Shown here: in pieces, positions 1 to 12,189 of the stretch | How positions within the stretch are numbered: the first letter of the stretch is position 1 | Layout of the letters: the number at the start of each line of letters is the position of its first letter | Assembly: GCF_006345805.1 (NCBI RefSeq) | Contig: NC_043002.1 | Span: forward strand, 80,724,001 to 80,788,000 | Direction: 5' to 3' | Length of the DNA stretch: 64,000 bases | From: Octopus sinensis | Lineage: Eukaryota | Notes under the pieces: model-generated | The model's input: only the letters and a program-made list of their open reading frames with translations | Told to the model about the DNA's origin: nothing | Databases searched by the model: none | Translations under genes and position numbers: made by a program

Positions 1-136
1 ACAATATTTTGTTTTTTTTCATTGTCACTATATGAAGTAGCGATTATCAGATTGCACAAATACCAGTGTTTTTTTGTGACAACATCACTAGATATATCAT
101 TAATCAGGACATGGGGATGCTCCACCCTCCTCCTTT

Positions 137-138
137 CA

Positions 139-197
<59 letters not shown>

Positions 198-210
198 TTA
201 TTATTATTAT

Positions 211-249
<39 letters not shown>
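137..249. repeat. (ATT)n followed by (AGT)n microsatellite
   Basis: Direct read of the tandem triplets. Confidence 0.95.
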
Positions 250-1009
250 CAGAGTCAATCTTTTCTGTATATATTTTCAGAAGTTGGTAAACCAACATAT
301 TGTAGATATGTTGACTTCTCGACTAAATCAGAAAAAAATGAAAAGCCACGAAGTTTACTGGTATCAAATGTAATAACAATGAATACATCATAAACTGCAA
401 GCCCTACTATGCTCAGTTATCAGCACTACGCATCTGATTGGATGTTGCAGTATCCATTCTCGTTATTGTACGAATGACATTCTTTACAGGTAAGTGAAAT
501 AAATCGGTTTTATATTGCTCTCAGATCAGACTATCTGACACCGTTGCTCTATAACAAGCGGATAACGTGATACTGCGTGACACAAAAAAAATAGCATAAC
601 GGTGTTGATTGTTTTTGTTTGCTATCAACCCCAGCTGAGCACTGAATGAGAAAGCTTTCACATTTGATCATAACATCTCTGCTTTTCAGGCATTGTGTGC
701 CTACGATCAGATTTTCCAATGCGACAAAAAAAATATCAGATGAAAAGAAAACGTTAAAGAAAAGCAGAGAAAATGTAAATTGTTCAAACACAGACTAGCA
801 ACTACTGAGGCGTTAAAACACCCGATATTTTACAATGCGCAAAGATGAAGAATAACATTAAGAATTAATATTGCAAATGCATTGTATTGATACTCTGAAA
901 AGGGCTAAATAGGAAGCAAAATCATTTAATATATTTATATATCAACATTGAATCTGCTCCTTTTGGATATGAATATAGACTGCAGAAGAGACTGAGGATC
1001 ACTCAATTC

Positions 1010-1440
1010 ATTCAGGCAACATCGATAGTGCACGAAGTTTTATGATCTGAAAACGAAGAGAAACCTAGTCATGATTAAAGTCTCGTGAGAAGGGTACATT
1101 TGAATAAAAGCGCGTCAGTTACCAAAATTTTTTACTATAATTCAGGAAGAATGGATGGAAGGCTTGACTACTCCCAATTGAATTTCGCTGATGATTTTCA
1201 CAGTCCATTAAGTATGGAAAATATTTACATCCATTGGAATAGGAGGAAGGATCCAGTGCATAAGATGCTGGAGGCAGCAGAAAGAGCTTATTCTTGGTTA
1301 TGGAGTAAGACAGAGTAATTAAGGTGTAAGTAAAGGGGAGACGAAGAGTGGTGATTTGACCAACACTGTAACCCCATCATCGGCGTGATGTTACAGTTCA
1401 GGGTCGCAACAGCCACTTATCGTTTGACACCACCCGATAT
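1010..1440 (+). mobile_element. 3' remnant of a HERO-like (R2-group, restriction-like endonuclease) non-LTR retrotransposon
   Basis: Frameshifted translation gives RNLVMIKVS*E, GWKA*LLPIEF, WKIFTSIGIGGR and KMLEAAERAYSWLWSK. This matches the HERO C-terminus pattern (ELTVPWE...GW..PIEVGCRGF...EAAE.AS.WLW). Confidence 0.7.
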
Positions 1441-1903
1441 CACCAATTCTGCCAGGTCAAAGATACAATTGCCTGAAGTGGATGAAGGAATACCATATTC
1501 TTCTAGATGTATACAATTTCTTCTCGAGCTAATACTCCCACCAGAACGTTAAGTTAGTAACAAAAACTTGACTTACAAAAACGAAAATTCACTTCTGCAT
1601 AAGAGAGACAAACGTTTTGCGATATTATTCGATTAAATCGTGATTTATTTCATGTGTTCTGAAACGATAAATGAGACAGCTGACCTCATCAGAAATTCAA
1701 CATCAGTAACGAGATATAGAAAGCTACTCAGTACAATGCTGTAAGATTCTATTCATCCACTGCATTTAGAATATACAAGAGAAAATCCGAAGCTGATATA
1801 TTTTTCCGAGTGGTAGGTCATTCTGGTTATATATAACAAGAGGCAGGGATACATACAAAACTTTCTAAAATATGTAATAAAATAATAAGATGAAGACGAT
1901 AGA

Positions 1904-2065
1904 GAAGAAGAAGAAGAAGAAGAAGAAGAAGAAGAAGAAGAAGAAGAAGAAGAAGAAGAAGAAGAAGAAGAAGAAGAAGAAGAAGAAGAAGAAGAAGAAG
2001 AAGAAGAAGAAGAAGAAGAAGAAGAAGAAGAAGAAGAAGAAGAAGAAGAAGAAGAAGAAGAAGAA
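1904..2065. repeat. Pure (GAA)n tract, about 54 units
   Basis: Direct read; it explains the poly-K, poly-F and poly-S ORFs. Confidence 0.97.
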
Positions 2066-2805
2066 TGACGATTCACAAGCAAGGCGTTTTTCATACCACC
2101 CAAAAACTTCTGCCAATCAACCGCCAAGGATTGGTAAATTTCCATCGATCCCGAAAATATGAAAATTATTATTGACCTCGGGTGGCTTTAAACGTCGTGT
2201 TATTCTAGTTTATTGTGTTATTTTTTTTCCTTTTCATATAAGACATCTTCGATGTCTTATTTTATGTTTGTAGGATATGAACTGTGGGCTATTTTCGATA
2301 GCTAATAATTGTAGCTATCATGGTCCTCTTGGATCATTCATGAATAAATTGTTACTCCAACTCAAATCTATTACGATGTCTGTGAAGACAGTTCCTATTC
2401 GCTATAGTGAATGTCAGTTCGTAACTAGTTTCTGAGAATCCTAATGATTCATAGAAAGGTGACGAGTAGACGAAATAACTGTATAGTCAATGAATAATGA
2501 GTCCCGAATTACCCTTTTAATTCTTTTGTTTGTTACATATTTCCTCTGTGGGAACAGGAAGTTACAAAAATATAAAACTCACCCAGTAAAAATTCATGGG
2601 TGGTAATTCCTACTACTGAATTAAGACAGTCCTACAAATTTGTGTATATATGCAAACTCACGCATACACACACACACCCATGCGTGCGCGCGAACATACA
2701 CACACTTAGATACGTAAATAAAGCGAGACGAATAGACGGATATATAGATAGATAGAAACACAGGTATATATATATAAACATATATATTATATATATATAT
2801 ATATA

Positions 2806-2846
<41 letters not shown>

Positions 2847-2857
2847 TTATATATATA

Positions 2858-2979
<122 letters not shown>

Positions 2980-3517
2980 ATATTAAACAGATAGACAAGC
3001 AGGCATATAGATAGATAGATAGAGAGAGAGAGAGAGATCTGTGTCAGAGAAAGCTTGCATCATAATATGGGGCTAAGTGTGCATGTATGTCTTTTGGAAT
3101 GCAGGAGGTTTTGTGGAACATGAATAAATATAAAAACTAATAAAGTTGAAGAAAGATTAAACGTTATTTGTGCGAGTGTTAAACTTTCACCTGAAGACTT
3201 TTAATTAAGTGATTTTTCGGGTCAAATCACAAAGTGCGGGGAGAACGGCGTACGCGCCTATTTTCTTCGCATCTCAAGTTGAGAGAATTGCGGTTACTCT
3301 TAGGTTTCCTCAGTGAGTGGTATATCTTGTTGATCATATTAAAGCTCGCACATATTTCACTAATGCACTTATTACACATACAGAAACGCACACACATACA
3401 TACATATGTACATATATACATACATGCATGTATGCATATATACATACAAACACCCATACGCATACACACTGAGACAACCACACGCGCATATATATATATG
3501 TATATATATTTATCTAC

Positions 3518-3590
<73 letters not shown>

Positions 3591-3781
3591 TATATTATAT
3601 TATATATATATATATATATATACCCACATTTATAGCGTTGTCAAATTACCTTTTTGACACGACACAAGGTTCAGTTAGTGCAGTTAATTCAAAAATATAG
3701 ATGCATACACAGACACAGACAAAGACTGGTGAGTGGATTTGGTAGACAGAGACTAAAAGAAGCTCGTCGTATGTATATATA

Positions 3782-3816
<35 letters not shown>

Positions 3817-3855
3817 CAAAAAGGGGGGGGGGGGTGCTTCCACACAGGAAAAAAA

Positions 3856-4045
3856 TATAGGAAAATGTGTAGTTGAAAATGCACCTGAATTCAAAAAATA
3901 TTTAAAATACATATATTTACATAAATACCAAACTAGTTTCAACAATAAATATTGAGACTAGTTTGGTATATATGTAAATAAATGTATTTTCAACGTTTAC
4001 AAGTTTTGAAATTTAGGTGCGTTTTCAACAACGCATTTTCCTATA
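3856..4045. repeat. Imperfect palindrome (about 85-90 bp arms), probable inverted Penelope-type tail
   Basis: TATAGGAAAATG...ATACCAAACTAGTTTCAA is mirrored by TTGAGACTAGTTTGGTAT...CATTTTCCTATA. The inner ends carry GAAAC-TA-GTT, the 3' half of a hammerhead core. Confidence 0.75.
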
Positions 4046-4061
4046 TATATATATTATATAT

Positions 4062-4135
<74 letters not shown>

Positions 4136-4648
4136 AATTTTCCATCGTCTAGGCCAAAAAAAAAGGCCCTCAATGTTTGTTTTCCTTGTCCTGTTTTTAT
4201 TCTTTACTTGTACAGTATTTTTTTGTATTTGTATTTTTATTTTGTATTTGTTTTTTTTATTTGTATTGTCTTTACGTCCTGCTTTTGTCACATATTTTCT
4301 TTCCTTGTTTTTACCCCTCTGCAAAGGAATTTTATTTAATTCTTTCTCTGGAAGGGCTAGTTCGACGAGTCGTGTTCTTTCCTTACCTTCTAAACACGCA
4401 TGGAGTCGAACGAGGGACAGCTGATGAAGGGGAATTTTCCTTGTATTGTTTGTCTAGTACTCTGTTCTTTCGTTGTTAAAAAAATCCGTTTCCATGTTTG
4501 TTTTTACGTTTTCGTTTCTCATTGAGTTCTACGTCTATTTGTAGTGTCCTGTACTCACATATATATGTTTATATATGCATGTACATATACATGTAGATGT
4601 AGGTACGTACATATATGTATGTATGTATGTATGTATGCATATATATAT

Positions 4649-4707
<59 letters not shown>

Positions 4708-4972
4708 TCAATTTAGGGTAGTAAAAAATTCGATAGAAATTTATCACTACCAGCGGCCCAGTGGAAAAGAAAAATAGTCATGAGACTAAAATGTCATGAG
4801 ACTAAAATGTAAAACCAGACTAAAATGTAATATATATATATGCAGGTGTTGGATAAAATAATGGAAGAACTTTAAATGTGCAAACAAATTTATTTTAATA
4901 TGGGATAGGGCTGTCTTTAGCAGTAATTATAGATTGAATTCTACAAGGTAGGGATCGTGCAAAGTTTAAATT

Positions 4973-5197
4973 CAGTTCTATATTTAAGAGATGAGGAATT
5001 GTGTACATTAACTACATTATTTACACTTGGCTGATGTTTGTCCTCATCTTGTCTGTTGTTAACACAACGTTGCGGCTGATACACTCTCTTGCTTTCATCA
5101 GGTGTCTTGGGGAAATTCCGAACTTAGGTTCTCTATCCTAAAGTATTTTTCCGTGTTGTTGTTGTTGCTGTTGTTGTTGTTGTTATTATTATTATTA

Positions 5198-5293
<96 letters not shown>

Positions 5294-5325
5294 CATTATT
5301 TTTATTATCATTATTATTATTATTA

Positions 5326-5388
<63 letters not shown>

Positions 5389-5423
5389 TATTATGATTGT
5401 TATTATTATAGTTATTATTATTA

Positions 5424-5454
<31 letters not shown>

Positions 5455-5465
5455 GATTGTTATTA

Positions 5466-5527
<62 letters not shown>

Positions 5528-5592
5528 ATCACTGCCTGGAATCGAAATCGGTATCGCGGGGTTAGTAGCCCGCGCTTTTAACCACTATGCCA
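4973..5592 (-). mobile_element. tRNA-headed SINE-like element with (AAT)n body and hammerhead-bearing tail (left arm of an inverted pair)
   Basis: The minus strand has A-box TGGCATAGTGG and B-box-like GATTTCGATTCC (5592-5525), an (AAT)n body, and a tail homologous to 7200-7337. Confidence 0.75.
5061..5106 (-). ncRNA. Degenerate minimal hammerhead ribozyme motif
   Basis: GACAC-CTGATGA-stem II-GCAAC(GAAAC mutated)-GTT-GTGTT; stem I is GACAC/GTGTT. Confidence 0.55.
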
Positions 5593-5733
5593 TATTTTTT
5601 GATCATACTAAAGCTTGTATGCATTTCACTAGTGCATTTATTACACACATACATACGTGAAACACTCACACATACATACGTGCATATATACAAACACCTA
5701 CACACATACACACTGAAACAAACAATACGTATA

Positions 5734-5820
<87 letters not shown>

Positions 5821-5918
5821 TATACCGAAATTTATATACTGAAATTTATGCCCACGGGAATATGGCATTGTGATTACTAACCCCAAGATTCGAAGTTCGA
5901 TTTCGGGCAGTGAGCTGG

Positions 5919-5966
<48 letters not shown>

Positions 5967-6030
5967 TAATAATAATAATAATAATAATAAAATGATAATA
6001 ATAATAATGATAATAATAATAATGATAATA

Positions 6031-6656
6031 TTATCTCTAGCTGCCCAGTCCTGGCTAAGAAGGAATATATTCACAGACATGACAGAGTTGGAACCTACAT
6101 ACATTGGAAGTTATGCCAACATTATGGAATAACAACAGAAAAAATGGTATAGGCACACACCAGAAAAGGTCACAGAAAACGAGAAAGCAACCATACTCTG
6201 GGATATGCCGATACACACAGGTAGAGAAATTAAGGCCAACAGACCAGATATAGTTGTCAGAGATCATGAAGAAAAAAAATGCTTTCTAATTGATGTATCA
6301 ATACCGGCAGATAACAACGTGTCTCTAAAAGAAATGGAGAAACTCTCAAAATACAAAGACCTGGAAATAGAGGTAACTAGAATGTGGAATCTGAAAACAG
6401 AAACAATTCCTATCATAGTAGGTGCATTAGGCATGATAAAAAAATATTCAGACAAATACATAACAAAAACACCAGGACTTACAAACACATATATCATACA
6501 GAAAATTGCACTACTAGGCACTGCACACATCCTACGCAGAACACTTTCCATACAATAACCACCAGAGCATCACAACAAATCACAGCACATACCCAAGGCA
6601 CACAGAGCTGCGCTCGGTAGTGAAGTGAAAGCACGCTATAAAAATAAAACTACTGA
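6031..6656 (+). mobile_element. 5'-truncated R4/Dong-clade non-LTR retrotransposon (RLE domain plus 3' UTR) inserted in (TAA)n
   Basis: Translation gives CPVLAKKEYIHRHDRV...LWDMPIHTGREIKANRPDIVV...LIDVSIP...EKLSKYKDL...PIIVGALG...KIALLGTAHILRRTL*. (AAT)n lies on both sides, the known Dong target. Confidence 0.9.
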
Positions 6657-6668
6657 ATAATAATAATG

Positions 6669-6723
<55 letters not shown>

Positions 6724-6742
6724 CAATAATAATAATAATAAT

Positions 6743-7078
6743 AGGGGGAACATCATAGCCATGTGTTGAGAGGGATTCTTTGGGGTTTGAATAATTCACC
6801 TCTGGAGACATGGGTGGTTTTTTCAAGATCCTTAAACAACCCTTATTCAGGGACCGTTTGAGCGGGATGGGCTACTCAACCTGAAGAAAATTCTAACTGG
6901 GCCCCACCTGCAAGGTCATGTACTGTTTATCTTGATATGAGATCACCATGTCGCGCACATATGGTTGTGATGCATGTGCCTGGTGTGCCCTTATCAGACA
7001 GGTAGTCATGATGGGTATATTGGGCTTCGTATATTTTACCCCAGTGTCACTTTGATGGCATGAACTGCTCTCTCACTC
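6743..7078 (+). mobile_element. Non-coding interspersed element flanked by (AAT)n
   Basis: A homologous copy lies on the minus strand at 11501-11790, and (AAT)n lies on both sides of this copy. Confidence 0.65.
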
Positions 7079-7122
<44 letters not shown>

Positions 7123-7240
7123 TGATGATGAAGATGATGATAATAACAGAAATAAAAACAATTGTAATAATAAAAACAATAGTAATAATAACTTCGAGGA
7201 TTACCTTCGGAATGGGAACCCAGGTTCGAAATTTCCTGAA

Positions 7241-7286
7241 GACACCTGATGAATGCGGTAGAGTATATCAGCCGAAACTTTGTGTT
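7241..7286 (+). ncRNA. Minimal hammerhead ribozyme motif (partly degenerate)
   Basis: GACAC-CTGATGA(7246-7252)-stem II ending CAGCC-GAAAC(7274-7278)-TTT-GTGTT. Confidence 0.6.
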
Positions 7287-8499
7287 AACGACAAACAAGA
7301 TGAGAGCAAATATCCGTCAAATGCAAATAACGTAAATAAACTTTGAATTATTTCCAAAGGAATTTTTGTCCATTCTTCAGCTAAATCAGGCTCCAGTTCT
7401 TGTAGTGAATGATATCAAATCCTTACTTGTTTTTCTAAAAGGCAACATAAATATTCAATAATATTGAGATCTGGGGACCGTAGTGGCCAGATAAGATGTT
7501 AAACTTCACTAAAATGTTCCTCGTGCCATTCAGTAACAATTTTAGCTGTGTGAATTGGTACATTATCATCTTAAAAGATTGCCTTTCCCTCCGGAAACAG
7601 TTCCGCAATCATGGGATGAATTTGATCAGATAAAATGTTTAAATAGACTTCACTATTAATTCTACCATGAAGGGAAATCCTTATGCCGGCGGATTTCCAA
7701 GATATATCGCCCCGGACCATCACATATCCTCCTCCATGTTTAATAGTTGGAAGAATGTAGTCTGGGTCAAATGCCTCTCGGTCGGTGGTCAGAAATAAGG
7801 TAAGGTTACATTCTTCCACTGCTCTAGTGACCAATTCTGTAGGATTTTACTCCACTCTAAACTCTTTGCAACATTTGTTTTTGAAAGTAGTGGTTTTCTG
7901 ATTGCATCCCTCCCGGGAAATCCAGCTTTGTGTATCTCACAGCGAACGGTTTTTGTGGAAACTGGGTTCTCGACCTGGTCATTAAGCTCCGCAGTAATTT
8001 TGGGAGCTGTACTTTTGTGATCCTTTCTAACAATTTGCGTAAGAGTCCGACGGTCCCTATCTGAAAGTTTTGGTTTCTTCTGCATTTTTTTTCGACAAGG
8101 AGGATTTTCGTTCTTTCTCAATGTCTGTCATTACTTTCGAGACTTTCAGGTCGTACTTCTTGATACACCAAACATTTCGGCTGCTTTCGTTACACTAGCA
8201 TCTGCCATTTGAGCCATAACAATTTGACCACTTTGAAATTCTAACAGATGTGTCATTTTAATGTATTTTAATTACCATTTTCTGGTGATAACAGCAATTT
8301 TAGCAAAACAGATTAAGCAACACTAATAATAAATCAAAAAACATAAACAAGCTTTTATTGGTTTTATAGATATTTCAAAATTATGATGCCCTGATGCTAG
8401 GTGATTCCAATATTTTGTCCAACCCCTGTATATATATATATATATACACTCAAGTGCCTGCGTATGAAATTATATTTCATTTATAATTCTAATTAAAAT

Positions 8500-8910
8500 C
8501 AAAGGTATAAAAGTTTAGAGTTAATGGAAATGTCACAATTGCTTTCGTGTTTTTATTCTTATTAATAAAAATGCTGCCTTTATATAATTCACTGTTGATT
8601 GTTTTGCATTTGCATGCCTAATCTTTTTAGCGTCCCCATTAAAAAGTTGCTCGTTGGCAAATGCGCAGCAATTTCTGCGTTACATCTTCACTCAATCAAC
8701 GTGTTTCATAATTTTTTATCAAAATAGGTCTTCAGGTCGTAATTTTAATGGAAAGGAGTTCTGTATTGTTGGCAATTAAACTTTTTCTCCCAATCGAATA
8801 CCACTCCAATTTTTCACGTGATGCATTCTTGTACTTCAAATAAATGGAACCTGTCACAGCGTTCTCAAAACGAAATGGTCTAATAAAACATAATGCGAAT
8901 ACTCCAAATT
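8500..8910 (-). mobile_element. Highly decayed Tc1/mariner-superfamily transposase fragment
   Basis: The minus strand reads FIRPFRFENAVTGSIYL and F*WGR*KD, resembling GPFFFE.TVTG..YL and FLWG.LKD. Confidence 0.45.
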
Positions 8911-9010
8911 TAATAATTTCATATAGTATTTGTTTGTAAAATGAGAATTGTCACTTACCCAGTGTTGCAAATGTAGCAGTTCGGTTAGCCATATCCTTCA
9001 CGAATAACAT

Positions 9011-9219
9011 TCTTTTCTACTCTAGGCACAAGGTCCGAAATTTTTGGGAGGAGCCAGTTGATTAGATCGACCCCAGTATGCAACTGGTACATAATTTATC
9101 GACCCTAAAGGATGAAAGGCAAAGTCGACCTCGGCGGAATTTGAACTCAGTACGTAAGACTGACGAAATACTGCTAAGCATTTCGCCCGGCGTGCTAACT
9201 TTTCTCCCACCTCACCCCT
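9011..9219 (-). mobile_element. tRNA-derived Nin-domain SINE
   Basis: Reverse complement of the family consensus, with GAGTTCAAATTCC B-box and GTCGACTTTGCCTTTCATCC domain. Confidence 0.85.
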
Positions 9220-9682
9220 TAATGGGGAAAAATATTAGAAAACATCAATACATGCGAGAGTGATAAAGAAACGAGGAGGGTTGTCTTTGGATGTGCTAGA
9301 AACAACAGCTATTCTTTGTGTATGTAAAAAGCAATATATATATATAAATTGATAAAGAGGAGAATAGAGATGTATATATCCAGTTTTATTCTGCTGTCAA
9401 TCACGTCTTTCCATTTCTGCGCCTTCATATGTTTCTGCTGCAATTGGAAAGAAGTGATTGACACTAGAATAAAAATGGATATATAAATCATTAGTCTCCT
9501 TATTATTAATTTATTATTTCCTTTCTACCGACAACCTGCAGTCTCCATTGAGACATATGGATATACCGATGTGAAGATCTACTGTGGATAGTAAATTAAA
9601 TTGACTGGTGTTTTACTAAACGCCAGCATTATTAGCCGGTAAAAGCTAACACGGTACCCGCTAGGATTGTAAATCCCTACCA

Positions 9683-9726
<44 letters not shown>

Positions 9727-9867
9727 GACAGATTTCTTTTCAATTCCGTTTACCAAATCCACTCATAGGCCCTTGGTCGGCTCGAAGCTATTGTAGAAGA
9801 CACATCCCCAGGGTGTCATGCTGTGGGACTGAACCTGCAAGCATTTTGTTGGGAAGCAGGCTTCCTA

Positions 9868-9959
<92 letters not shown>

Positions 9960-10381
9960 ATATATGTCTCTGCATGTGTGTTTGTCTGTGTGGGCAAGAG
10001 GAAAAAATGAGGGGAGCGAGAAAAGGAATTCAGGTTATGAAAAAGGTGTTAGATGACAGGAAAATGTACTTGATATATTACAGATTTGCACAAAATATTC
10101 ATCAGTATAATGTAGTCATCCAAGAACATGTGTTTGATATTAATTTCCTACATATACACTAATACTTGGTGTTGGCATCAAATATGCCTGTGGAATCAAG
10201 GTAGCGCGGTGCAATTGTTGCAACTCCCCTTAGTACTGATGCTGGTGTTAGTAAGTGCAAATACCCATAGATATGTATGACGATTTTTATGTGTGTGTTT
10301 GTATGCGTGTAATTCACTCGAATAATACGTAGTTATACATATGTATATGTATGTGTCTGCATATATGTGTATGTATGTATG

Positions 10382-10413
<32 letters not shown>

Positions 10414-10495
10414 CACTCACACACACAGACACATACTGATTGGCACAGTCACATACACAGACACACACACACGCACATATATATATACATATATA

Positions 10496-10571
<76 letters not shown>

Positions 10572-10624
10572 GTATGTATATATATATATATATGTATGTT
10601 TGTATATATATATGTATGTGTGTG

Positions 10625-10666
<42 letters not shown>

Positions 10667-10715
10667 AATACGTGTCTGTGTTTGTGAGTGTGGCTACATC
10701 AGATAGCGAAATTCA

Positions 10716-10766
<51 letters not shown>

Positions 10767-10859
10767 CATTATTATTAATATCATCATCATCATCATCAAC
10801 ATCATCATTATCATTATTATCATTATTATTTCATACATACACGCAGAGTAGATTAAACT

Positions 10860-11500
10860 GTTAGAAAAGAAAAATTCCTAACATCAGGCTACAACAAGTA
10901 AACCTTGATGTCAAGATCCTTCCTATATATCCTAGCTGTCCTTAATATCGCTGCATTCTTGAGCTGGACTGAACTAGGTTTCATGCCTATTTCCTCTACC
11001 GATCCCTTCATATCTTTAGGGATAGTTCCTAATGCACCTATAACTAGTTGGGTACATTTTACCCGCACTGTCTATCGCCTCTGTAACTGAATGAGTGGGT
11101 CCTGGTAATTTGCTATTTTCTCTATATCTCTCATATTGAATTTCTCTTACTCTGGGACTATAAAGCCAATTCCAGTGACTTTCTGTTTTCTTTGTTTACT
11201 GCTACTAAATCAAGGCGGCGAGGTGGCAGAAATTTTAGCACGCCGGGCGAAATGCGTAGCCGTAATCGTCTGTCGTTACGTTCCGAGTTCAAATTCCGCC
11301 GAGGTCGACTTTACCTTTCATCCTTCCGGGATCGATAAATTAAGTATCAGTTACACACTGGGGTCGATGTAGCCGACTTATTCCCTTTGTCTGTCAGTGT
11401 TTGTCCCTTCTGTGTTTAGCACCTTGTGGGTAGTAAAGAAATATAAATCAAGATTTCTAGCTTCTATTACCCTTTCAGTCTGAATGTTGAAATCTCACAA
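10860..11500 (-). mobile_element. R4/Dong RLE 3' fragment, interrupted by a SINE
   Basis: The minus strand gives L*DFNIQTERVIEARNLDL, then EKIANYQD...LVIGALGTIPK...AILRTARIYRK. The 3' end lies next to the (ATT)n/(ATC)n tract at 10716-10830. Confidence 0.8.
11215..11443 (+). mobile_element. Nin-domain SINE with 9-bp target-site duplication (TSD)
   Basis: Full-length copy; TAAATCAAG is present at 11206-11214 and 11444-11452. Confidence 0.9.
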
Positions 11501-11790
11501 CATAGACAGTGCATGATATTGCAAGTGGGGCCCGGTTAGAATTTTCTTCAAGCCGAGTAACACATCCCGCTCAGAAGGTTACTAAATAAGGCTTGTGTTA
11601 GGATGTTGCACGAAATACCCATGATTCAAAAAGTGATTTATTCGAACGCCAAAAAAATTCATTTCAGCACATGGCTATGATTGTTCCCCCACTACTTTTG
11701 CTCGTGATTAGAGATGCACATATTGTCAGCCACTAAGGGATGTGCTCAACTGATGAAAGTCAAACAACAGACAAGCAAATCTTCAAATCC
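11501..11790 (-). mobile_element. Second copy of the 6743-7078 element, fused to the Dong fragment
   Basis: Reverse-complement homology, e.g. GGGGGAACAATCATAGCCATGTG and GAAGAAAATTCTAACCGGGCCCCAC. Confidence 0.65.
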
Positions 11791-11904
11791 GTTAAGATGA
11801 AAAGCCATACGAGCCAATGTCTGATATTGCACTAAAGCTATTTTGGTTTGTCTCAGATAAACCAAAAGAGGAATTCTGTGGATTCTGTGGATAGCGAGTT
11901 ACTT

Positions 11905-12172
11905 CTTGTGACCTTAGGTATCCATAAGTTTTCAGCACTCTTGCAAGTCCTTTGGTCCTTCCTGATAATCGTTGCTGTCCTTAATAGACAAACTTTCGGC
12001 AGGAGCTCTACCTAGAATTGTATTTCAGTCTCCTCCAGTCAGTGGTCTATATTTTAGTTTATTGTTACCAGCACACCAATTACTACAGGCACGACCTTTG
12101 TAGTTCGCATGCTCCAAATTCTTCTTATTTCAAATTTTAGGGGATTGTACTTTGTTTATCTTCCTCTTTCTT
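11905..12172 (-). mobile_element. Third R4/Dong C-terminal fragment
   Basis: The minus strand gives KYNPLKFEIRRIWSMRTTKVVPVVIGVL...VELLPKVCLLRTATIIRK. Confidence 0.75.
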
Positions 12173-12189
12173 TACGAATGATCCATCGT

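Larger units (their letters stand above)
5847..7337 (+). mobile_element. tRNA-headed SINE-like element (right arm); its (AAT)n body hosts nested insertions
   Basis: The head at 5861-5920 (ATGGCATTGTG...AGTTCGATTTC) is the inverted homolog of 5525-5592. The tail at 7200-7337 is the inverted homolog of about 5010-5150. Confidence 0.75.
4843..8428 (-). mobile_element. Tc1-family (DD34E) DNA transposon, decayed, split by a 2.37 kb insertion at 4973-7337
   Basis: TIRs are CAGGTGTTGGATAAAATAATGGAA (4843) and the reverse complement CAGGGGTTGGACAAAATATTGGAA (8428), in TA-rich flanks. The minus-strand transposase starts at ATG 8256 and includes KLSDRDRRTL, TAPKITAELN, PTIKHGGGYVMV, DDNVPIHT and WPLRSPDLNIIE. 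Its C-terminus resumes at 4972-4895. Confidence 0.9.

Noticed and set aside
281-489. Possible exon (TTTTCAG acceptor, CAG|GTAAGT donor)
   Set aside because: Stops in all three frames and no recognisable product; cannot be supported without RNA data.
2440-2490. CTAATGA...GAAATAACTGTA hammerhead-like string
   Set aside because: Core is mutated and stems I and II are unconvincing.
4415-4450. CTGATGA followed by a hairpin
   Set aside because: No GAAA or NUH follows.
4778-4830. Short 16-bp repeats (also 28548-28573, 35987-36038, 52609-52670) as CRISPR-like arrays
   Set aside because: Two-copy duplications without regular unique spacers, in eukaryotic DNA.
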